A stretch of 64,000 nt of DNA. It comes from a virus. A program made the translations under genes and the position numbers. The stretch is from positions 1 to 64,000 of IMG/VR virus record IMGVR_UViG_3300028393_000001. One strand, 5' to 3'. Positions 29,770 to 38,546 of the stretch are shown in pieces. The notes under the pieces are model-generated. The model saw only the letters and a list, made by a program, of their open reading frames with translations. It did not search any database and had not been told where the DNA came from. Within the stretch, counting starts at the first letter, position 1, and every line of letters begins with the position of its first letter.

Positions 29770-30207
29770 TCATGGTCTAGCAAACTCTCCATGTAGTTCC
29801 ATTGCTTTAATATCATAAGCTTCTTTAGCTTGTTCCGGTGTATCAAATGTTCCTAAATGATACTCCTTACCTTTATGCTTTATACGCGCTTGAAATTTAT
29901 TTCTATGCGCTTTTACACCTTTAGGATATATTCCAAAACCTTTTGAATTAGCAGTGTTTTGTAAAGGTGTAGCAAGACGTAAATTTTCAATCCTGTTATT
30001 ACATCTATTACCGTCTATATGATCAATTACATACCCGTCAGGTATCTTACCTTTTAACATTTCCCATATTATTCTATGTACTCGATAAGTTTTATGATTT
30101 ATGTGTGCTTGTATATATCCATGCATATCAACATATCCATAAACATGATTAGTACCTTTTTTTAATAGTAATCCATCATCATATTCGCATATATCATTAA
30201 AATTCAT
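29770..30207 (-). CDS. HNH homing endonuclease with AP2 domain
   Basis: HRIIW, IDHIDG.R.NNRIENLR and C-terminal HLGTF.T.E.A..AY...A..LHGEFA. Own promoter TTGACG-N17-TATAAT at 30229-30257. Confidence 0.9.
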   Translation of the reverse strand: MNFNDICEYDDGLLLKKGTNHVYGYVDMHGYIQAHINHKTYRVHRIIWEMLKGKIPDGYVIDHIDGNRCNNRIENLRLATPLQNTANSKGFGIYPKGVKAHRNKFQARIKHKGKEYHLGTFDTPEQAKEAYDIKAMELHGEFARP

Positions 30208-30550
30208 AGTATCTCCTAAGTTTTATCAATTATATCATGTAAGGTGGGCCACGTCAATGTGTAAATTTCAAATGGTGATTGGCACCGAAAAGCTGGGTCA
30301 AAAATTTTAAATGTATCGTCTGCGATAGGGCCCCACACATAGTTGCCAAAATGGAGTCTAATAACCCCCCTATAAGCATACCCACCCTGGCAATGGTCAC
30401 CAAAACTGTAAATGTAGCATATTAACAACGCTTTGTAAAGTTATGTAAAGATGCCCTGGGATGTGTCGCGCGACCATAATTCATGTATAATAAACACATA
30501 GACAGCAAAGATAGACAGTAAGTAACAACCTAACCAAAAAGGAAATCATT

Positions 30551-30916
30551 ATGGCCCGCACTACTACCCGCTCTCCCTTAGCACAATTCATGGCTACATC
30601 CCTAAAGCGCGCACGTTCACGCGATAAAATGGCTGGCCGTGACTCTGACGCTCGCGTTACTGTAGATTATCTCTGCGGTTTGTACTATGGCCAAAATGGT
30701 AATTGTTTCCATACTGGTGAGACTATGACCTTGGAGCGTGGCCTAGAAGATGGCGCGGTATGCCCTACACTATGCACATTCGACCGCATCGATAATGCTA
30801 AAGGTTATGAAATTGGTAACATTGTTCTAGCGTGTGATGGTATTAATCGTATGCGTTCGGATATGCCCTTAAAACAATTCCGCGCACTATGCAAGCGCAT
30901 AGGTGCAATGGTATAA
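30551..30916 (+). CDS. His-Me finger (HNH-like) nuclease-type protein
   Basis: Q.G.C..TG..M...DRIDN.KGY..GNI.L.C..IN.M motif. RBS AAGGA. Confidence 0.6.
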   Translation: MARTTTRSPLAQFMATSLKRARSRDKMAGRDSDARVTVDYLCGLYYGQNGNCFHTGETMTLERGLEDGAVCPTLCTFDRIDNAKGYEIGNIVLACDGINRMRSDMPLKQFRALCKRIGAMV

Positions 30917-31086
30917 TGAAAAGGGGAAACCCTTTTCATATTTAATAGGATTACTTAAAATGAAACAATCATACACTACTAAACAAATTGCAGAATTTGC
31001 ACAATTTTGCAAACGTCACGGGATTACATTTAATAACCTTATTGAATATAATTCTGCAATAGAACAATATTACTATGGTTGATATG

Positions 31087-31185
31087 ATTGCCACAATGCA
31101 TACTATTGCCACAATGCATACTATTGCCACAATGCATACTATTGCCACAATGCATACTATTGCCACAATGCATATTATTGCCACA
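31087..31185. repeat. 18-bp tandem repeat ATTGCCACAATGCATACT (5 units plus a partial)
   Basis: Units start at 31087, 31105, 31123, 31141, 31159 (one mismatch) and 31177 (partial). Confidence 0.95.
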
Positions 31186-31333
31186 TCGACAATAGTTAGC
31201 ATAATGCATATAGTTACTATACTAAGTACGATTGTTAATTTGCGCCTAGTACCTATATGATTTTCTAGCGCAAAACCTTACTGTTGACAGGGTTATTGGT
31301 GTGTGTTATAATTAAGACTTAGAAGGATACAAT

Positions 31334-31534
31334 ATGATAACACTTAAAGAATTACAGACAGAATTGTGGGATTACTACAAAGACGTTCACGGCGTAAGGC
31401 CAAGGCATTGGACAGATGACCAATGGAATAGTATCCTTTTCTTAAAGGATCAATGCGCTACACTTGACGACATTGTTAGCAATATGTCTGAAGAACAACG
31501 CAAGGCCGAAGGCTGGACTAGGCAGGACGTATGA
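31334..31534 (+). CDS. Hypothetical protein
   Basis: WDYYKDVHGVRPRH motif common in phages. TTGACA promoter and AAGGA RBS upstream. Confidence 0.7.
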   Translation: MITLKELQTELWDYYKDVHGVRPRHWTDDQWNSILFLKDQCATLDDIVSNMSEEQRKAEGWTRQDV

Positions 31535-31625
31535 CTGAAACAATTATAATTGCCTTTATGGCAGGTATCCTTGCCTGCCTGTTTATCAAGATATGCATAT
31601 TAATACTCTATAAGGTTATACTAGA

Positions 31626-31955
31626 ATGATTCACCTATTTGATTATGCTAACTACTTAGGCATCACAAAGCCTATCGTTATCAAAATTAATACAAGATCT
31701 CATAAGCATTGGGAGGGCTCATACTTACCTAAGTATAACGCAAAGGGTAAGCTGATCGAGCATCGCATTACTATATGGCTAGATGGTATGAATCGCGACT
31801 TTGATACTGTACTAGCCCATGAGCTTATCCATGCTTATCATGAGGAAAATGGTATCCAGGAATGGCATGGTAAACAATTCAAGAAAGCTGCCAAATTGAT
31901 GACTGAAAATTTCACCTGGTTAGAGGGTGTTTACCGAAAGGGTATTGATACCTAA
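31626..31955 (+). CDS. SprT-like zinc metalloprotease
   Basis: LAHELIH...HG..F motif. Confidence 0.7.
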   Translation: MIHLFDYANYLGITKPIVIKINTRSHKHWEGSYLPKYNAKGKLIEHRITIWLDGMNRDFDTVLAHELIHAYHEENGIQEWHGKQFKKAAKLMTENFTWLEGVYRKGIDT

Positions 31956-31961
31956 AATGAT

Positions 31962-32102
31962 AATGGTCGTCAAGACCATTATGGTCGCTTCAAGCGACCA
32001 CTTACCAGCCCCCATACCCACCATGTAGCAACCTGGCAAAGGTTGCCATTTTGGTAAGGGTTGAGGCGCCAAAATTATACCCCTATCCTGGCCCTTTGTC
32101 AA
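31962..32102. repeat. Intergenic element copy 1 (palindromes plus leftward promoter)
   Basis: Degenerate palindrome 31962-31980, ATGGTCGCTTCAAGCGACCA 31981-32000, and minus-strand TTGACA-N17-TATAAT at 32074-32102. Confidence 0.85.
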
Positions 32103-32169
32103 GCGATTTATTAATAACCTATTTTTTGTAGGGTTGTTTTATCTGCTGATTCTAGGCTATAATAAACCC

Positions 32170-32343
32170 ATGACAACGACAAACCCCCAACCCTTAAATG
32201 ATATCGAATTAGGCAATGATTTTTTTGCCATCGTGGGTGTACCCTGCGAACAACAACGCGCTCCAATGGATGCTGAAACAGCGGCGCGTGATGCTATAAT
32301 GCGTAGGCATTATGCAGAATCTTATGGCGATATTTGTAATTGA
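32170..32343 (+). CDS. Hypothetical protein (probably leaderless)
   Basis: ATG lies 6 nt after TATAAT (32158-32163). Confidence 0.5.
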   Translation: MTTTNPQPLNDIELGNDFFAIVGVPCEQQRAPMDAETAARDAIMRRHYAESYGDICN

Positions 32344-32441
32344 AAGGACTTTATCATGTATATATTAAATATCATTTTGTCAATCATTGTCGGCCTGGCA
32401 GTTGTTGGCTTTGTTATGTATGTTCAAAAAATTGATGGAGA

Positions 32442-32675
32442 ATGGCTATGATTTTATCTTTTATGGAATTGGCAATTGATTCTAGACAATTCAATGGTCG
32501 AAGCTCTCAAATGGCGCGCGCGCTGGTAATTAATAAGGCTTGTGATTATATCATGCACTACCTATACCCTCACAAGCATGAAGAAAATGTCGTACCCCAT
32601 GCCGATTTGGCAATTGTTAATTTTGTGACTGGTACTGTTGAATTACCCGTTACGCTTCACCCTGAGTATCATTAA
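32442..32675 (+). CDS. Hypothetical protein
   Basis: 77-aa ORF with GGAG RBS. Confidence 0.5.
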   Translation: MAMILSFMELAIDSRQFNGRSSQMARALVINKACDYIMHYLYPHKHEENVVPHADLAIVNFVTGTVELPVTLHPEYH

Positions 32676-32816
32676 AATGAAACTGAAAAAGATTTCTAAA
32701 AAGACAATTGAAAAATTCCAGAAAAAATTACAAGAAAAAATCAGGGGACGCGAAAAAAATCGCCAACAACACGAAAAAATGTGATATAATTTAATTTTAC
32801 TTGAAAGGCCTTTATT

Positions 32817-33200
32817 ATGACTATCCTATCCTTCACCTCTGCCAATGGCGGCGTTTCCCATGTTGTCAAGGCAACTACTGCCAAGGCAGTAAATTACACC
32901 CCCGAACAAACCGCCAAAATGGTTAGCGAATATCAATCGGGCAATACTGTTGAATCAATTGCCGAATCCCTTGGCAAAACTGTTCGTTCTGTTGTTGCTA
33001 AACTGTCCCGCGAAGGCGTATATCAGGCTAAAACCTACGTTAGCAAATCGGGCGAACCCGTTGCCAAAAAGGACATGGTTGCCGACGCTATTGGTAATGT
33101 TCTCGGTTTGACCGAAGCAGAAACCGAATCGCTTACCAAAGCGAATAAGACTGCGCTTTCGAAAATCTTTGCTGCTTTGGCAAATAGCAAACCCGTTTAA
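32817..33200 (+). CDS. T5 A2/D3-like DNA-binding protein, paralog 1
   Basis: NYT.EQT..MV..YQSG..VE.IA..LGKTVRSVVAKLSREGVY HTH-like block plus KKD.VAD.I...ESLTKANK. Resembles T5 A2/D3 as recalled. Confidence 0.65.
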   Translation: MTILSFTSANGGVSHVVKATTAKAVNYTPEQTAKMVSEYQSGNTVESIAESLGKTVRSVVAKLSREGVYQAKTYVSKSGEPVAKKDMVADAIGNVLGLTEAETESLTKANKTALSKIFAALANSKPV

Positions 33201-33246
33201 GGTTTGGAAACCCTGGTCAATTTGACCAGGGTTTCTTTTTTGGTAT

Positions 33247-33327
33247 ATGGTCGCTTCAAGCGACCATTACTATTTTGGTAAGCATTGGGGCGCCAAAAAT
33301 TATACCACAAAAACCTGGCTGTGTCAA
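33247..33327. repeat. Intergenic element copy 2
   Basis: Palindrome 33247-33267 and minus-strand TTGACA-N17-TATAAT at 33299-33327. A terminator hairpin at ~33207-33240 precedes it. Confidence 0.85.
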
Positions 33328-33383
33328 CTTATTTATTAATAACCTACTTTTTGTAGGGTCATTATATATGGTAGAATTTACCC

Positions 33384-33740
33384 ATGAAAACGCTACAACA
33401 CAAAATTGATTTTGTTACCAATGGCATTTGGCTTGCGCTAATGGAATCATATCCAAAATTGATACGATTCGATGCTCCAAAAATTGTGCTATGTAATCGG
33501 CTTACCCGCACGGCAGGCAAAAATTATCAGGAAGAAAATCGTATTCATTTAGGCAATAAATTCTTCGCTAATAATCATAAAGCTATGATGCTGGAAATTT
33601 TGCCGCATGAAATAGCGCATCAGGCCGATTTTAATTTATTCGGCGTATATGAAAAACATGGTGGGCATGGCCCTAATTGGTGTGAAATCATGGTAAAATT
33701 AGGCTTACCCGCTAATCGTTATCACTCACTCACAATATGA
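33384..33740 (+). CDS. SprT-like zinc metalloprotease
   Basis: RL.RTAG, PHEIAH and HG.NW..IM..LG motifs. Confidence 0.8.
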   Translation: MKTLQHKIDFVTNGIWLALMESYPKLIRFDAPKIVLCNRLTRTAGKNYQEENRIHLGNKFFANNHKAMMLEILPHEIAHQADFNLFGVYEKHGGHGPNWCEIMVKLGLPANRYHSLTI

Positions 33741-33949
33741 TAAAAATCACTTCATGGCTTGGCACAATCGCTTCAATCATTGGGGCTTTTTTGGTAGCAT
33801 CGCAAATTGTATTCATTGGCTATTTGGCATTTATTGTCGGGTCGGCATCATGGTTGATTGTGGGTGTAGCGCGTAGGGATTCATCACTAATCGTTTTGAA
33901 TTTCGTTTTCTTTTTGGCTAACATATTGGGGATATATAATGCTTGGTAA
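33737..33949 (+). CDS. Small 3-TM membrane protein
   Basis: Three hydrophobic segments, ATGA coupling. Confidence 0.65.
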   Translation: MIKITSWLGTIASIIGAFLVASQIVFIGYLAFIVGSASWLIVGVARRDSSLIVLNFVFFLANILGIYNAW

Positions 33950-34108
33950 AATTTTGGTAACTATTTTCTTTCCTGTAATTGCCCTCTTAGATTGGACAAT
34001 TTCAAATTATCCGCTTCGCGACTTCTGGAAAAATAACCGTGAAGCATACCTAGATTTTATGAAAGATTAATCAAAAAGGCAACTATTGCCTTTTTGAAGG
34101 CACCAAAA

Positions 34109-34164
34109 ATGGTCGCTTCAAGCGACCATTATCATTTTGACTACTATCGCCTGGGGCTGGTCAA
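34109..34164. repeat. Intergenic element copy 3 (promoter part degenerate)
   Basis: Palindrome ATGGTCGCTTCAAGCGACCAT at 34109-34129, followed by TATCATTTTG. Confidence 0.8.
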
Positions 34165-34214
34165 TAGAAAAATTCAATCGCAAAACCTGGCCGTGTTCAT
34201 GCTATAATTCGCCT

Positions 34215-34688
34215 ATGAAAAACATTATCATATTTGACCTAGACGAAACTGTCATAAATTCGTCACATCGCACACCTAATAACCCTGATGGCACTCTAAA
34301 TTTAGATGCCTATATTCGGTTACATAATCCCGAAAATGTCGCAAAAGATACATTATTGCCAATTGCACAATTAATGCGTGCTCGGTATGCAATGGGCGAT
34401 TATATCATTGTTTTGACTGCTCGCGATATGAAACCATGCGATTATCAATTCTTAAATGATTACAATTTGCCTTATCATAAAATAATGTCGCGTGACCAAG
34501 CAACGGCAAAGCATTACAAAATGAAAGACGGCGAATATAAAATGCGCTGGATTAAACCATTCTTAAATTTAAAACAATTTGCAGGTCGGCAAGTTGTTAT
34601 GTTCGATGATGCTAAACCCGTAAAATCAGCACTCAGAAAATTATTTCCTGTTTTATGTGCTCACAAAGTAAATGCACGTTTTGCGTGA
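34215..34688 (+). CDS. HAD-superfamily phosphatase / nucleotidase
   Basis: IIFDLDETV (motif I), VLTAR (II), K (III) and MFDD (IV). Start ATG 34215. Confidence 0.85.
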   Translation: MKNIIIFDLDETVINSSHRTPNNPDGTLNLDAYIRLHNPENVAKDTLLPIAQLMRARYAMGDYIIVLTARDMKPCDYQFLNDYNLPYHKIMSRDQATAKHYKMKDGEYKMRWIKPFLNLKQFAGRQVVMFDDAKPVKSALRKLFPVLCAHKVNARFA

Positions 34689-34721
34689 TATAATAACTCT
34701 CTTATTAACTGAAAGCATATA

Positions 34722-35420
34722 ATGGCCAAAAAACAATTTTTCGCGATTCTCGACACCGAGACTACAATTTCGGATACTGTTGCCGATTTTGCAATTATTA
34801 TCGTTGACCGCGAAGGCAAAATTCACAATCAATGCGCGGTACTGGTTGCTGGTCATTATGGCAATCATGAGTTATTCCATGATAAAAATGCAAATGATAT
34901 TTGGGGGTACGCTGGTTTAGAAAAACGTAAAGCAAATTATGCGACAATGCTAGAATCGGGCAATCGTATGCTTGCTTCAACTAATGCTATCAATAAATGG
35001 ATTAATCAAGCAATTGGCAAGTATAACCCCTCATTGACTGCTTACAATTTGGCATTCGATTTGGCAAAATGTGCCAATACTGATATTGATTTATCAGGCT
35101 TTACTTCCAAATTTTGCCTATGGCAAGCGGCGGTAGGTAATATCTGCAATAAAAAAGCATTCAAGCAATTTGCCCTCGATAATCACGCATTTAATAATGC
35201 GACTAAACTAGGCAATATGACATTCAAAACCAATGCCGAGATTGTATGCGGTTTTATTAATAATAATTTCATTGAGGAACCACACACCGCCTTAGAAGAT
35301 GCCCGCGATTTTGAACTGCCTATTTTGACTACAGTTATCAAAAAACGCAATTGGCGCGATAATATCACTGCTTACGCTTGGCAAGATTTTCAAGTAAAAA
35401 ATCACTTTACCGCAAAGTAA
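34722..35420 (+). CDS. DEDDh 3'-5' exonuclease
   Basis: ILDTETT, AYN.AFD and HTALEDA motifs. Confidence 0.85.
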   Translation: MAKKQFFAILDTETTISDTVADFAIIIVDREGKIHNQCAVLVAGHYGNHELFHDKNANDIWGYAGLEKRKANYATMLESGNRMLASTNAINKWINQAIGKYNPSLTAYNLAFDLAKCANTDIDLSGFTSKFCLWQAAVGNICNKKAFKQFALDNHAFNNATKLGNMTFKTNAEIVCGFINNNFIEEPHTALEDARDFELPILTTVIKKRNWRDNITAYAWQDFQVKNHFTAK

Positions 35421-35457
35421 AACGGTATCCAATTTGGCGATGGTCGCCAGGTTGGAT

Positions 35458-35625
35458 ATGGTCGCTTGAAGCGACCACAATTTTAATCGGGTGTAATGGG
35501 GTAATTTTTCGGGTAATGGGGTAATAACTTTCATTATAGAATTGGCAATGGTCGCTTGAAGCGACCCTTATCATTTTGATAAGGGTCTGCGCCAAAATTT
35601 TATCATAAGCCTGGCCTGGTGTCAA
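35458..35625. repeat. Intergenic element copy 4 (two palindromes plus leftward promoter)
   Basis: Palindromes at 35458-35477 and 35548-35566. Minus-strand TTGACA-N17-TAAAAT at 35597-35625. Confidence 0.85.
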
Positions 35626-35712
35626 TAGGGATAAACCCTTATGTTGTATTTTTTCACACTTGCCCATTGGTGGGGTTTTCTGCTATAATAAATTTTTAAA
35701 TGAAAGGCTATT

Positions 35713-36342
35713 ATGATTAAATCTATCGGCGATAATTATGTGAGATTCGCAAAATCTGATTTTTCAGAATTACGGCGTCAATTGTCAATTCTTGAAGGTT
35801 ATATTTTTGGCAAGAATAAATCTGCAATGACTGCGGATTATTGGGGCGTATGCGAAGAAGGTGGCGAAGAAGATACCATTGTCAAATTGGCAGATGGTTT
35901 GACGGGTAAACCCTTGGGCATTACTTGGCAAAAAATCGTGAAACATTTTCCTGCACTAATTGCAGAATTAGACAAGCATGGTTTGCACTACTATATCGGC
36001 AAAAATTATGTTGGTAATTGGGGCGTTCATCGTCATATTTATGATGAATCTTCAACAATGAATTTGTGCCTGCTAGTAAACGGCAATAATGGCGGGACTG
36101 TTAACTTTCACGAATTTGACAATGATTCAGAATTTTTTGATGAATTGTCCGATGACCATATTTTCGATTTGCATCATGCATCGTTCGAAGAAGGAACAAT
36201 TACAGAATCGGTAAAGATTAAAGACGGCGACTGCTTCTCTTTTAATACTGGTCAATGGCACTCGCACATTGTCCAAGGCGAAAAAGCAGAATTATTTTTG
36301 CTACACTTTCGTGATGCCACTTCTGTACATGATTTAGCATAA
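35713..36342 (+). CDS. Hypothetical protein, possible cupin/2OG-Fe(II)-type double-stranded beta-helix
   Basis: HRH motif early and FNT..WHS late, typical of DSBH metal sites. Confidence 0.5.
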   Translation: MIKSIGDNYVRFAKSDFSELRRQLSILEGYIFGKNKSAMTADYWGVCEEGGEEDTIVKLADGLTGKPLGITWQKIVKHFPALIAELDKHGLHYYIGKNYVGNWGVHRHIYDESSTMNLCLLVNGNNGGTVNFHEFDNDSEFFDELSDDHIFDLHHASFEEGTITESVKIKDGDCFSFNTGQWHSHIVQGEKAELFLLHFRDATSVHDLA

Positions 36343-36381
36343 AACAAGGGTTGCCAAATTGGCAACCCTCTTTTTTCTATA

Positions 36382-36460
36382 ATGGTCGCTTTAAGCGACC
36401 ATTGTCATTTTGGCAAGGGGCTGGCGCCAAAATTTTACTCTAACCCTGGCCCTTTGTCAA
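36382..36460. repeat. Intergenic element copy 5
   Basis: Palindrome 36382-36402 and minus-strand TTGACA-N17-TAAAAT at 36432-36460. Confidence 0.85.
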
Positions 36461-36596
36461 TAGGTGTTTACCCCTATGTTGTATTTTCACAAAAATAAAA
36501 AATAACTTGAATTCCTGGCCTTTTGTCTATATAATAGAGGCTTAGCAGGCAGTAAAGGGAAACTGTAAAAAATCCCTGATTCTCTTGGAGTGTACT

Positions 36597-36923
36597 ATGG
36601 CAGAAAAAGCCGTCAATTATACCGCAGAACAAACTGCGGTAATGGTGTCCGATTACCAGTCGGGTGTAGGTGTGGAACAAATCGCTTTGTCGCTTGGCAA
36701 ATCGGTGCGTTCGGTGGTTGCGAAATTGTCTCGCGAAAAAGTATATGTTGCCAAAACGTATACTACCAAAACGGGCGAGGCCGTTGCCAAAAAGGATGCC
36801 GTTGCAGACGCAATCGGCGCGGTGCTCAAGCTCACTGAGGCTGAGACCGAATCCTTGACAAAAGCCAATAAAACGGCTTTGGCTAAAATTTTTGCGGCGC
36901 TTGCCAATAGCAAGCCCATGTAA
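36597..36923 (+). CDS. T5 A2/D3-like DNA-binding protein, paralog 2
   Basis: Closely similar to 32817-33200. GGAG RBS before ATG 36597. Confidence 0.7.
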   Translation: MAEKAVNYTAEQTAVMVSDYQSGVGVEQIALSLGKSVRSVVAKLSREKVYVAKTYTTKTGEAVAKKDAVADAIGAVLKLTEAETESLTKANKTALAKIFAALANSKPM

Positions 36924-37004
36924 AATTTGGCAATGAAAGCCCGCTTAGGCGGGTTTTCTTTTTCCGCAATAGTTGCCTTTTTGGTAATGGTCACCAGGGT
37001 GATA

Positions 37005-37217
37005 ATGGTCGCTTCAGGCGACCACTATTTTTGCGAATCGTTGCCTTTTTGGCGACTACCACTAAATCGATAACGGTCGCTTCAAGCGACCGTTATTTTC
37101 GCATGCTTAAAGCATGCGCCAGTGGCTGCGCCAGTGGTCATATGAAATTCTGCTACCTCGTGTGCCCTGCGCCAGTGGCTGCGCCAAATTATAACAGAAA
37201 GACTGAGGGCGTGTCAA
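37005..37217. repeat. Intergenic element copy 6 (two palindromes, TGCGCCAGTGG repeats, leftward promoter)
   Basis: Palindromes at 37005-37024 and 37070-37096. Minus-strand TTGACA-N18-TATAAT at 37188-37217. Confidence 0.8.
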
Positions 37218-37381
37218 GTAAATAATTTCTTACTTGAACCTGGTAGTCGGTTCCGCTATAATAATTACTTAGACAGGCAGATAGGGCCAAACGGGTACAA
37301 GAAGCGCAAAATTTCTTATTTGACTCTCAGCCCCTAATGCCTTATAATTTATTCATAAACAAACAAACCAAAGGAAGCAAA

Positions 37382-37693
37382 ATGACCGCAAAAATCGTAA
37401 ACTACACCGCAGACCAAGTTGAGAAGTTGGTCGCAGACTACCAGTCGGGCCAATCGGTCGAGATGATTGCTGACAGCCTAGGCAAGTCGGTGCGCTCGGT
37501 TGTGGCTAAGCTCAGTCGTGAAGGCGTGTACCAAGCTAGGAGCTACGTCTCTAAGACTGGTGCAAAGCCTGTTAAAAAGGACCTGGTTGCTGACCAGATT
37601 GCCAATATCCTCCTGCTTACTGAAGCAGAGGCAGATAGCCTGACCAAGGCTAACAAGACCGCCCTGACTAAAATCCTGGCTGGCTTGCAGTAA
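37382..37693 (+). CDS. T5 A2/D3-like DNA-binding protein, paralog 3
   Basis: Same family (GKSVRSVVAKLSREGVY). AAGGA RBS before ATG 37382. Confidence 0.7.
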   Translation: MTAKIVNYTADQVEKLVADYQSGQSVEMIADSLGKSVRSVVAKLSREGVYQARSYVSKTGAKPVKKDLVADQIANILLLTEAEADSLTKANKTALTKILAGLQ

Positions 37694-37724
37694 ACGCCGC
37701 AGTTTAGGGTCAAGAAATATTCAC

Positions 37725-37753
37725 TTGAATCATGACCCTAAACCTTGTATAAT
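37725..37753 (+). promoter_or_regulatory. sigma70-type promoter of the large non-coding transcript
   Basis: TTGAAT-N17-TATAAT, overlapped by the inverted repeat GTTTAGGGTCA/TGACCCTAAAC. Confidence 0.75.
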
Positions 37754-37760
37754 AGATTTA

Positions 37761-38468
37761 TGATTAGGCGATAACATAATAAAAATTATAATTCGCCGAC
37801 TCATAATGCAGGAATCGGAAAAGTTAGTAGCTGGTTCGATGCCAGCCCCGTCATCTTAGGGTGCCGGGTATGCTTATGTAGGTAAAGCGACCACTTCCAG
37901 CCTGCAGAGAGGTACCGATCCTCCAAAAACGGCTGTGGTTGGGGGTAACATCTGAAGATAGGAACCCTGGGGTTACTAACACCATCATGAAAAGTTAGGG
38001 GAGAAAGAACTTCCGATCAAATACAGCTATCATCTAACAAAGATCTGGGTTTCATCCAGCCATGTAGGTATGGACTCCTACTAGCGCACGGACTTATACA
38101 CGTAGAGTCATAAAATATACGCGGTCGAATAGCCTATGTTACAGGCTTGACTAGGCAACTTTGAAGCATACTCCAGCTAACCACTGGCTAAGGCGCTCAG
38201 GTTTAGGGTCAGGTAAGGGGTGTGGTGCCCTGAGCCAACATGGAGAGTACAATGACAGTAACTATCCCAAACAAAAAACTGTTACTGAGGAAACCAGCAG
38301 AGAAAGGCAGTATGTAAGCTCCGGCTGTGTACGTTCTCTATAGGATAACCGATTAAAATTAGCACAGTTAGATAAGCTCTGACGTTCTCTACTACCATAT
38401 AACCCCTGACAAGGTTGCGGCTAGAGGCTCACCTTACGACTGTAGGCCTGTCAAGCCTTAGCTAATCA
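37761..38468 (+). ncRNA. Putative large structured non-coding RNA (~710 nt)
   Basis: Own promoter and terminator, no credible ORF, complementary 5'/3' ends, a T-loop hairpin and many nested helices. Confidence 0.65.
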
Positions 38469-38471
38469 ACT

Positions 38472-38505
38472 AGCCCCTACGGAGTCATGCCCGTAGGGGC
38501 TTTTT
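38472..38505 (+). terminator. Rho-independent terminator
   Basis: AGCCCCTACGG-loop-CCGTAGGGGCT followed by TTTT. Confidence 0.85.
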
Positions 38506-38546
38506 GTTGCTTAAAAATAAAGAACCTGCAGAATTCTGGACGTCCG

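Noticed and set aside
30969-31260. ORFs 30969-31202 (-) and 31075-31260 (+) with IVAIVC/IATMHT repeats
   Set aside because: They are by-products of the 18-bp tandem repeat being stop-free on both strands, and have no convincing RBS.
31962-37096. Palindromic repeats as a CRISPR array
   Set aside because: Spacing is irregular (tens of bp to over 1 kb) with whole genes in between. There are no uniform spacers and no cas genes in the window.
38161-38343. 60-aa ORF inside the large non-coding unit
   Set aside because: TTG start, no RBS and no recognisable protein features.
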